From Candidatus Sericytochromatia bacterium (GTDB lineage Bacteria; Cyanobacteriota; Sericytochromatia; S15B-MN24; JAQBPE01): 64,000 bases of DNA. Location of the stretch: positions 1-64,000 of the forward strand of contig JBBAPZ010000016.1 in assembly GCA_040400605.1 (NCBI GenBank). The letters run 5' to 3'. The translations under genes were made by a program, and so were the position numbers. The notes under the pieces were generated by a model. The model saw only the letters and a program-made list of their open reading frames with translations. It did not search any database and was not told where the DNA came from. How positions within the stretch are numbered: the first letter of the stretch is position 1; the number at the start of each line of letters is the position of its first letter. Of this stretch, positions 9,609 to 18,151 are shown in pieces.

Positions 9609-12182
9609 ATGAACGATGAGTCAAAATTGACAATCGCACACGATAGCGCTGCGGGTGGCGCGTCGTCTCTGGTCGGGCTCAGTGAGCGTGAGGCGGAGGC
9701 GCGCCGATTACGGTATGGCAAGAATGAGCTGCGTGCCAAGCCGTTGCCGGGCTTTTGCGCACTTTTTTTGAGACAGTTCATGAATCCATTCATGGGTATC
9801 CTGATTGCGGCGGGTGGTTTGACCTGGTTTCTGGGGGCGTTGGATCAGGCCATCATTCTCGAAATGGTGGTTATCGTGAATGCCTTGATTGGCACCTTTA
9901 TGGAGCATCGTGCGGCGCGAACGCTGGCACAATTGGGTGGTTGCCTGTCATTTCAGGCGCGCATCAGGCGGCAGGGTGAAACGCGACTGCTGCGTGCCAC
10001 AGAGGTGGTACCCGATGATCTGGTCGAACTGGAGACAGGCGATCGCATTCCGGCCGATGGTTGGCTGGTTACGGGCGACTTGCTTGTCGATGAATCACTG
10101 TTGACAGGTGAGTCAGTGGGTATCAGCAAATCCTGTCATGGGGCCAACGACGAGCCATCTGAAAAAATGCGCACATTGTATGCCGGGAGTACGGTGCAGG
10201 CGGGATGTGGTGTCATGCGCGTGCAGTCGATCGGGTATTCCACAGCCTTGGGTCGAATCGGTACGTTGCTTGAAACGCAGCCAACGGCCACGTCGCCGAT
10301 TCAGCGCCAGATGGCGCATTTGGGTCAAGCGTTGACGGTTGTGATCACAGCGATCGCAATCGTGCTGTTCGCGTTGGGGCTGATGCAGGGGCGTGAAACC
10401 TGGCCACTGCTGCAAACGGTCGTGATTTTGGCTGTCGCTGCAATTCCTGAAGGCTTGCCGGCCGTCGCCACGGTAGCACTGGCCACTGGTGCACTGCGAA
10501 TGGCTGAAGCCGGTTTGTGGGTGCGACAACTTTCGGTCGTTGGTGCTTTGGGGCAAGTGACAACCGTGTGTCTGGACAAAACTGGCACCTTGACATGCAA
10601 TGAGATGACCGCATGTGAGTGGTGGACGCCATCTGGTCGTTATCGCGTGAGCGGCGTTGGTTTGCAAACAGTGGGGCGTTTCTTCAGGCTTGGTGATCCT
10701 GGCCCTGCGCTGGTGGTGGCGCAAACACCAGATTTGCGTCGCGTGTTGGAGGTGGGTGCCTGGTGCAATCTTGCGCAGGTGCAAGGCGAAGGCAGCAAGC
10801 TTGAACCGCGAGGCGATGCGGTGGATGTCGCATTGCTGGTTGCAGCGATCAAGGCTGGCATCGGTCTTGTCCAGGACGTGCCAGATTCTCACACCATGGC
10901 GGTCCCTCAGGCAGGCAAGCCTTGGATGATGATAAAACAGGGCGAGGTGTGTCTGATCAAGGGGCGCGTGTCTTCTGTCCTTGAGCGCTGCACATTGTGT
11001 TGGATGCCGGGTGGTGCGCGTGCGTTGCGACCGGGCGAAGCTGCATCATGGTTGGATGCCAATCGTCTGATGGCGCAAAAGGGGCTACGCGTGTTGGGGC
11101 TTGGAGAAGAAGCGCCAGACGGACAATGGATTTGGTTGGGGCTTGTGGGACTTGCCGACCCTTTGCGAGAGGATGCGATCGCGAGCACCCTGGCCTTGCA
11201 CCGCTTGGGGCTTAAACTGGTGATGTTGACCGGGGATCAGGATGTGACCGCGCAGGCGATCGCACGGCAATTGCAAGAGCGAGCATCCGAGACCGATGCA
11301 GAAACGATGCGGTGGGCAATCCACAGCCAGGTTGACCCCCAAGACAAATGGCATATCATTCGACAACACCAAGCGGCTCACGAAGTCGTCCTGATGATTG
11401 GCGACGGCGTCAATGATGCCCCTGCACTTAAAGAGGCTGATGTCGGCATTGCAATCTGGGGCGGCCACACCGTCGCTGCTGAAGCAGCCTTGGCCGTACT
11501 CACGCGTTCGTCGCTCCTGACCATTGCCGATGCAGTGACAATTGGGCGCACCACCTTTGCGCAGGTAGAATGCGCCATTGATTATCTGCTCAGTTGCTCG
11601 TTCACCACCCTCATGGTCGTTGCCACGGCATCTGTCTTGAACCTGCCGCTACCGTTGAATCCAATGCAAATTCTATACCTCAACGTGCTTACCCACGGAA
11701 TTCTGGCACTGGGACTTGTCTTTGAACGCGGATCCAGCCTACGGCCCAAACCCGTTGAAACCCGGCTCACCTGGCTCTCAAGGCGCCGTGGCAGCATCTT
11801 GTGGATACACTGTGGCACCATGGCCATCATCACCTTAGGCGCACAATATGTCGATGCACTGCTTTTTGGCTGGGATCACGCCCAAACCTTTGCCTTCGTG
11901 ACCCTGGCGTCGGTGTTGACGTGCCACCTGATGGTCGACCGCTCAGAGACACCTTGGGAGGGGTGGCGCACAGCGTTAGAGCCCGGTCTGCTGGTCTGCC
12001 TCACAACAGCCGCCTGTCTACAAGCTGCCGCTTTGGGTGTGCCCCGCTTGGCTCATTACCTGGCGCTACACCCCTTGCACTGGCAAGAGGGTATCCTCAT
12101 TATGAGCGCCAGTGTGCTTGCCACAAGCGTTGGCGAATTGACCAAACGGCAACGCCAAACCGCGCGATGCACCGCGTTTTAA
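9609..12182 (+). CDS. Cation-transporting P-type ATPase, type II (Ca2+-ATPase-like), divergent
   Basis: LTGES, AIPEGL, DKTGTLT, MLTGD, GDGVNDAPALKEADVGIA; likely ATG at 9609. Confidence 0.92.
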   Translation: MNDESKLTIAHDSAAGGASSLVGLSEREAEARRLRYGKNELRAKPLPGFCALFLRQFMNPFMGILIAAGGLTWFLGALDQAIILEMVVIVNALIGTFMEHRAARTLAQLGGCLSFQARIRRQGETRLLRATEVVPDDLVELETGDRIPADGWLVTGDLLVDESLLTGESVGISKSCHGANDEPSEKMRTLYAGSTVQAGCGVMRVQSIGYSTALGRIGTLLETQPTATSPIQRQMAHLGQALTVVITAIAIVLFALGLMQGRETWPLLQTVVILAVAAIPEGLPAVATVALATGALRMAEAGLWVRQLSVVGALGQVTTVCLDKTGTLTCNEMTACEWWTPSGRYRVSGVGLQTVGRFFRLGDPGPALVVAQTPDLRRVLEVGAWCNLAQVQGEGSKLEPRGDAVDVALLVAAIKAGIGLVQDVPDSHTMAVPQAGKPWMMIKQGEVCLIKGRVSSVLERCTLCWMPGGARALRPGEAASWLDANRLMAQKGLRVLGLGEEAPDGQWIWLGLVGLADPLREDAIASTLALHRLGLKLVMLTGDQDVTAQAIARQLQERASETDAETMRWAIHSQVDPQDKWHIIRQHQAAHEVVLMIGDGVNDAPALKEADVGIAIWGGHTVAAEAALAVLTRSSLLTIADAVTIGRTTFAQVECAIDYLLSCSFTTLMVVATASVLNLPLPLNPMQILYLNVLTHGILALGLVFERGSSLRPKPVETRLTWLSRRRGSILWIHCGTMAIITLGAQYVDALLFGWDHAQTFAFVTLASVLTCHLMVDRSETPWEGWRTALEPGLLVCLTTAACLQAAALGVPRLAHYLALHPLHWQEGILIMSASVLATSVGELTKRQRQTARCTAF

Positions 12183-12339
12183 GCGATAAACAAGGCCCTT
12201 GAGACGCCCTGAACGGATTGGGTTGGGACCTTTTTGGCTGGTTCGACCGCTATGATCAAAAACAAGCCATCTGCGTAAGTGACCAAAACACCGCCACGCT
12301 TCTTGGGAATTGTTCACGCGGCCTGACGCAAACGGGGCC

Positions 12340-13149
12340 TCACACCGAAGTGTAGAGAGCATCAGAGACCGTCGGACGAACCACGCGATCATGGACAAAC
12401 CCCAAAAGCAAGCCAACCCCTATTCCAACTACCGTTCCGATGAGTGGAACCGTCATCGAGCCAACCATCGCCCCTACACCCGCTGATACCATGCCAGTCG
12501 CCGTATAGCCGATCATATCCGCCGCCAGATTGGTACCCAATCGCTTCATATCGGCCTGGTCGCGGTACTTGTAGTCCATCCAGGCGTTCAGCAGGCTCGC
12601 AGGAACAGACCAGACGAATGAACTCTTCAGCGCGCCAAGTGCCGTACCAACACCGGTACCGGCGGCCTCGAAGCCCCGAAGGCGCGGTGCCATCGAGACA
12701 TCCGCACTCGCAGTGAGTGGTGTTGCAAGCTTTTTGGCGAGTGTGCCCGTGTTCACGAATGGTGTTGAGACAATCAATTTAAGGTCATCAATCGCCTGCG
12801 GCCATTGAAATGTCACAAGATTCACGGCAAAGCTCGCGGTACCGCGCGCCAGGTCCCACGTGAGGCGCAGCAACGGTTCTGCCATCTGGCCGTAATTTGG
12901 ATCACGCAACATGGCACGTGCCGCCCCCAAAGCCGCTTCACTGCCAGCAGGGATAACCTTGGCGGCGGTCGAAAACAGGCCAGCTGCCCCATTTTGCACG
13001 ATCGGACCTGAGTTTGCCGAAACGCGGGTATCAACCATGCCAGGCCGGGGGGCCATCGGTTGCGCGACGTAAGGCAATGCCGGCTGCTGGGTTTGCAGCG
13101 GTACCCCACCATACCAGTTTGGATTGATCGAAACGGGGCTCATCGTCAT
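12340..13149 (-). CDS. Hypothetical protein with C-terminal glycine-zipper hydrophobic hairpin
   Basis: Pro/Gln-rich N-terminus; C-terminal GMVSAGVGAMVGSMTVPLIGTVVGIGVGLLLG; AAAGGAAG RBS. Confidence 0.65.
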   Translation of the reverse strand: MTMSPVSINPNWYGGVPLQTQQPALPYVAQPMAPRPGMVDTRVSANSGPIVQNGAAGLFSTAAKVIPAGSEAALGAARAMLRDPNYGQMAEPLLRLTWDLARGTASFAVNLVTFQWPQAIDDLKLIVSTPFVNTGTLAKKLATPLTASADVSMAPRLRGFEAAGTGVGTALGALKSSFVWSVPASLLNAWMDYKYRDQADMKRLGTNLAADMIGYTATGMVSAGVGAMVGSMTVPLIGTVVGIGVGLLLGFVHDRVVRPTVSDALYTSV

Positions 13150-13259
13150 TGCCGTCCACGCTTCCTTTCAGCATCGGGCTGCCACAGTGCCTATATCGAA
13201 ACCTTCACGAATTCACTTGTCTGCCCTGAACTAAGGAAGGGTTAAAATACGTTCAAGTT

Positions 13260-14117
13260 TTAGCTTGGACGCTTTCGAGGTTTGAGCGCGCGATCGGCGA
13301 GAATGTTGATGGTCAAAACGGTCAAAAAGATCGCGAAGCCTGCCGGTAATCCAAGCCAAGGCGAATGAAACAGGTAATGGCGTCCTTCGCTGACCAGACT
13401 GCCCCAAGTGGGCGTGGGAGGGGCAATACCCAAACCAAGGAACCCCAAAGCCGCTTCCAGCAGCAAGATGTCGGCTGATTTCAGCGTCGCCATGGTAATG
13501 GCCAGTGCGCGCACATTGGGCCATACATGGTGTGTGAGTAGCAGCCACTGGGGGACTCCGATGGCGCGACTCGCTTCGATGAATTCCTGCTCGCGAAGAC
13601 TGAGGACGGCACTGCGGATCACGCGGGTGAGACTTGTCCAGCCCACCAGCGTCAAAGTGATGATGACGGAGAGCATGCCGGATGGCATCACCGCTGCCAA
13701 AGCGATCGCAAGCAGCAAAGTGGGGAACGCCATCACCACTTCCGTAAGTCGCATAACACACGCATCAACTTTACCCCCGAAAAATCCTGCGACCATCCCA
13801 AGACTGATGCCTAACGCGGCGGTTCCGAGTGTTGCCACCGTGGTGATGGCAAGCGATGCACGGCCGCCGTAGAGTAAGCGGCTAAGCACATCTCGCCCCA
13901 AGTCGTCAGTACCCAGAGGGTGCTTCACGCTGGGAGGGAGTGGTGCGCCTGCCGAACCAAGCCCGCTTGGGTCTTGAAAAATGGGATCGTGAGGCGCAAG
14001 CCAAGGTGCAAGGGCGCTGGATGCGACAAGCAGAAACAGAGTCACACAGGCGATCGCTGTCACGCCAAACGACAATCGGACGGAAGAAAACAAGGACATG
14101 GCGTTCTTTCTGCTCAA
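13260..14117 (-). CDS. Peptide/nickel ABC transporter permease (DppC/OppC family)
   Basis: HPLGTDDLGRDVLSRLLYG; EAA loop EFIEASRAIG; start may be 14099. Confidence 0.92.
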   Translation of the reverse strand: MSRKNAMSLFSSVRLSFGVTAIACVTLFLLVASSALAPWLAPHDPIFQDPSGLGSAGAPLPPSVKHPLGTDDLGRDVLSRLLYGGRASLAITTVATLGTAALGISLGMVAGFFGGKVDACVMRLTEVVMAFPTLLLAIALAAVMPSGMLSVIITLTLVGWTSLTRVIRSAVLSLREQEFIEASRAIGVPQWLLLTHHVWPNVRALAITMATLKSADILLLEAALGFLGLGIAPPTPTWGSLVSEGRHYLFHSPWLGLPAGFAIFLTVLTINILADRALKPRKRPS

Positions 14118-14418
14118 ATGTGATTAAACCGATTATTTTAGCAGAAGCGGCGTGGCGATGAACGCGGCGCTTCGCTAACGTTAACAAGCGTCTTGTCACC
14201 AACAATGGGTAACGCCATCTTGCGCGGTACGGTCCGAAAGGCACGTTCGCCACCCTCGGCCGGCGAGTCTGACAAGAAGCGGTGGCCAACGGGGCTCATT
14301 CAGGGAGGCTTCCTTGAGCGCCTGCATCTGTGTTTGACGGCATGTGCACGGGCGTTGCCGCAGTCGTGGCATGATGCCGTGTTAGAATCGATGACTGCGA
14401 TGCAACGAGACGTTCAAG

Positions 14419-16611
14419 GTGGGTGAAATGTGGCAGCTTGATTGGGTGCGACGACTTGTGTTTTGTGGCACGGCTGTTCTGATTGGCGCAATTGGAACAC
14501 CACTTGCGGAAGCGGTGCAACGCGTGGACGCGCCAGCGGCGACAGATGAACCTTTGTTGACGGCTGCAACCTTCACATCGGGTGGTGGAGCCTCGGAGGG
14601 TGTTGCGGATTTAATCAAGTTGCTGGATGCGTATACACACTGTTTGTCCAATCAAGGGCACCAGGCGCAAGTTGCGTGGCTTGCCATCGCCCGTTCGTTG
14701 GAACGGCTGGCAGCGCGCCACCCAGGCAGTACCACGGCGCGCCGGGCAAGTTTGGTTGCAGCGGATGCCGTGGCGCGTGCGGGGCGGACAGCGGAAGCGA
14801 TCGCGCGATTCGAGCAATTGAAGGATCAGCATCCAAAGATGGCGGACTGGGTGCGCTGGCGGCTTGCGGTGCTTGATCCCGAGCAGGCGCAACCCCATCT
14901 GACTGAATTGATCGCACGCTACCCGGACAGCCCGTTGTTGCCGGAAGCGCGCCTGCAACTCGCTTTTTGCCTGCGCGAACCGGACGCTCAGCTTGCCGCC
15001 CTGCGCGCCATCGCGCGACAGGAAGGGACGCATCCCGCCAAAGAACGGGCTTTGGCCGCTTTGATCCGTCACCCGAAGGCAGACTCACGCCAGTGGCTTT
15101 TGCAATATTGGCAACAGTTTCCGCAAGGGCCTGAGATTCGTGATGTCGCCAAGCGCCTGTCGGCCCACGACAAGTTGAATCCGACCCTTCGTCTGGAACT
15201 TGGCCATCATTTTTACGACAACAATGATTACTTGGCTGCCAAAAATCTGTACGCGAGTGTGGCGACACCTTGGGCGCGTTATCGCCTGGCTCGGACGTAT
15301 TGGGGCTTGGATGACCTCAATCGCGCTGTGGCGATACTGACTCCCTTGATCCAAACCGAACCCAAACTGCGTGCACGGGTGTATTTGACACTGGGGCAAA
15401 TCGAGGCACAACGCGGTCGTCGTTCGGAGGCACTCACAGCGTATGCGCAAACCACCAAACTGGGCGGCGAGTGGGCGCCGACGGCGCTTTGGAAAAGCAT
15501 TCGCCTGTTACGGGCGCTTGGTGACCCAAAACGGGTGAAAGACCTGGAGCGGGCCTTGCTGTCACGGTATCCGCTCAGTGAAGAAGCGGGTTCACTCTTG
15601 TGGAGTCGGGTCCACGAACGCTGGAAACGCGGGGATTACCGCGGGGTTGCCGCAGATGCGGCACGTTTCGGAGATACCCGCTCCGGGCACGCGACGGCGC
15701 TTGCTGCACAGTATTGGTCTGGTCGGGCCTATGAGCGCCTTGGGCGCATCGCGGAGGCACGCGGTGTTTATGGGCGGGTGCTGACGGCCGCGCCCAGTTC
15801 TTACTACGGTTGGCGCTCCCGATTTCGGATGACGGCCTTGGAGCGACGCGCGCGGGATCCCTGGTTCAGGAGTCAGCCCGGAGCAACCGCTAACCAGTTG
15901 GCGGTGCGGTGGTCCGATTTGCTTGCGCCTGACGAACGCAAGGGTGCGAATTCAAAATCCGGGGTGGCCTTGCCACGTAGCTTGGCGGGGTGGCCTGCGC
16001 CGCTTCGTGAACAGTTGTTTCTGAGGCAGTTTGATGCGTTGGCAGTTCAGGCGCGACCCAAGCAGGATGCCGAGGTGATGGCATGGCTGAGTTATTTTTC
16101 ACAGCGTTACCGTCAGGCGATCGCACTCGCGCCGGCTAATAGCCCGCTGCGTTATCCACTCGGTTTCGAACCGATGATCCGGGACGCGGCACGACAACAC
16201 CAGGTAGACCCTTTGTTGCTTGCGGCCTTGGTACGGGAGGAAAGCCGTTATGACCCCGTGGTGCGCTCCTGGGTTGGCGCAACGGGCCTCGCCCAGCTCA
16301 TGCCAAGCACCGCTCAGTGGGTCGCGGGCCAAATCCGCGCCGTTGATGCGGACAAGCTGACCGATCCGGCAACCAACCTGCGTCTGGGAAGCTGGTATTT
16401 GGCCTACACTCACCGCATCTTTGACGGAGACTCCCTGTTGGCCGTAGCCGCCTACAATGGTGGGCCTGGCGCGGTAAGCAAATGGCGCAAACAATTTGGT
16501 GGTGAGCCCGATGAGTTTGTGGAAAACATTCCGTATGACGAAACCCGTGAGTACGTGCGCAAGGTGTTTTCCAGCTACTGGAATTACCAACGGCTGTATC
16601 GACCATCCTGA
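14419..16611 (+). CDS. Soluble lytic murein transglycosylase with TPR-like repeats (Slt-like)
   Basis: SLT motifs REES, GLAQLMP, AAYNGG, ETREYV; N-terminal signal-like segment. Confidence 0.92.
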   Translation: MGEMWQLDWVRRLVFCGTAVLIGAIGTPLAEAVQRVDAPAATDEPLLTAATFTSGGGASEGVADLIKLLDAYTHCLSNQGHQAQVAWLAIARSLERLAARHPGSTTARRASLVAADAVARAGRTAEAIARFEQLKDQHPKMADWVRWRLAVLDPEQAQPHLTELIARYPDSPLLPEARLQLAFCLREPDAQLAALRAIARQEGTHPAKERALAALIRHPKADSRQWLLQYWQQFPQGPEIRDVAKRLSAHDKLNPTLRLELGHHFYDNNDYLAAKNLYASVATPWARYRLARTYWGLDDLNRAVAILTPLIQTEPKLRARVYLTLGQIEAQRGRRSEALTAYAQTTKLGGEWAPTALWKSIRLLRALGDPKRVKDLERALLSRYPLSEEAGSLLWSRVHERWKRGDYRGVAADAARFGDTRSGHATALAAQYWSGRAYERLGRIAEARGVYGRVLTAAPSSYYGWRSRFRMTALERRARDPWFRSQPGATANQLAVRWSDLLAPDERKGANSKSGVALPRSLAGWPAPLREQLFLRQFDALAVQARPKQDAEVMAWLSYFSQRYRQAIALAPANSPLRYPLGFEPMIRDAARQHQVDPLLLAALVREESRYDPVVRSWVGATGLAQLMPSTAQWVAGQIRAVDADKLTDPATNLRLGSWYLAYTHRIFDGDSLLAVAAYNGGPGAVSKWRKQFGGEPDEFVENIPYDETREYVRKVFSSYWNYQRLYRPS

Positions 16612-16950
16612 ACCAAACGGCGCGTCAACCTGACGCAAATGAGCGTTTAAACGTGCTCAGAACGTCGTTGCGCCAACTCGACGTGGTTTTTTGGAGATGG
16701 TCCAGATGTGTCCGACGAACACGCTGGGATATCCCGACGCGTTAACGCCTCGTGGATGGGTGTTACGCGTGGGATGACAGTTGAATCAATCTGTTAGTGT
16801 GGTTGTGCTGTACAAAAACACACTGATTGATGGTTGGATCCAGGCTGGCAGCGGAAAATCCGCATATGATTTCTGGATGTTTTCCATCGGCCACGCAATT
16901 TTGAACATCAACCGATGCGTCACTGAATTACGATCAGGAGGATTGCCAAC

Positions 16951-17379
16951 ATGGTACGTCGATTTGGGCGTTTGCTTCCAGTCTGCCTTTGGATGATTGT
17001 GATCGGGGTCATGTCGCATCAGCAAGATTCTGGTAACCATTCCTCAGGTGTGCTGCATTTTGCGTTAGCCCTGTTGGGGCTTTCGTTGAATCCCGAATCA
17101 ATTGCGCAGGTTCACTGGTTGTTGCGAAAATGCGCTCATGTCAGTGAGTATGCCATTTTGGCGTTCTTGATCGGTCGCGCGAGTGTGGCACCGCCGCCAC
17201 GGTTGTTTGCCCAAGCGTTTATCGTGAGCGTGCTGTTTGCCGCATCCGATGAGTGGCACCAAAACTTCGTGCCACAGCGTGTAGGTTCGTTGCAGGATGT
17301 GCTGATTGATTCCTTGGGTGCGTCGCTTGGGTTGGTTGCGTTGGCCATTTGGCGCCATGTGCGGCAACCCACGTGTTGA
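16951..17379 (+). CDS. VanZ-family membrane protein
   Basis: RKCAHVSEY, DEWHQNFVPQR, DVLID motifs; AGGAGG RBS. Confidence 0.88.
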   Translation: MVRRFGRLLPVCLWMIVIGVMSHQQDSGNHSSGVLHFALALLGLSLNPESIAQVHWLLRKCAHVSEYAILAFLIGRASVAPPPRLFAQAFIVSVLFAASDEWHQNFVPQRVGSLQDVLIDSLGASLGLVALAIWRHVRQPTC

Positions 17380-18026
17380 TCGGCAACCCGTCAAGGTGGT
17401 GGCAGTGGCTTTTTGAATGGCGCTGTTCAGGATGCAGTACGCGTCAATCAGCCAGAATCTGTCAGGCTTGCCTCTCAACGATGGTTCAACCCCACGTAAT
17501 CAAGGCACGTGGGATGAAAGTCGTGGCGGGTGGCCATTTCACGGGTGCACTCAGAAACGGCTTGTTCGCGTTCAAATACAGGGGACGGTGTGATTTGGTA
17601 CCCACATTGGTTGGAATCATGCTCGCTGCCTGTACGGATTCAGTGATGTCGCAACGCGTCGTGGTGCCGGTTCCCCTGCATCCAAAACGCCTCCGTCAAA
17701 GGGGTTTTAATCAAGCAGCCCTGTTGGCCCGTGGGGTTGCGACAAGGCTTGGACGGCCTTACCTGGATTGTTTGCGACGCACCAAGGATACGCGACCACA
17801 GTGGCGTCTCAGTCGGCACGAGCGACTGTTGAATCTTGATTCGGCGCTGAGCGTTTGCGAGGATCTCAAAGGTGTTGATGTTTTGCTGGTGGATGATATC
17901 CTGACCACTGGTGCGACGGCTGAAGCATGTTGGTTGGCCATGCAGGCAGCTGGTGCGCGATCCATCCTTGTCCTCGTCTTGGCGAGTCGACCCGTGACAG
18001 GGAAACAACTTGACAGTCACGCCTAG
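17373..18026 (+). CDS. comF: ComF family protein (Zn ribbon plus phosphoribosyltransferase fold)
   Basis: CxxC...CxxC, RGFNQA, VLLVDDILTTGAT; GTG at 17373 overlaps the VanZ stop region. Confidence 0.88.
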   Translation: MLIGNPSRWWQWLFEWRCSGCSTRQSARICQACLSTMVQPHVIKARGMKVVAGGHFTGALRNGLFAFKYRGRCDLVPTLVGIMLAACTDSVMSQRVVVPVPLHPKRLRQRGFNQAALLARGVATRLGRPYLDCLRRTKDTRPQWRLSRHERLLNLDSALSVCEDLKGVDVLLVDDILTTGATAEACWLAMQAAGARSILVLVLASRPVTGKQLDSHA

Positions 18027-18151
18027 ATTTAGATCCTGACGTTTGTGTGGCAAACTCGCAAACATCAGAACAACACCTGCCAACATTCGATGCCAGCTAA
18101 AATTTGGTCATCAATCAATGTGCTTCCGAATCGCCGTGAAGAAAGAAACGC

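Noticed and set aside
14190..14260. SRP RNA-like GNRA hairpin (GGTCCGAAAGGC)
   Set aside because: Flanking CAGG and AGCAG internal-loop motifs are absent
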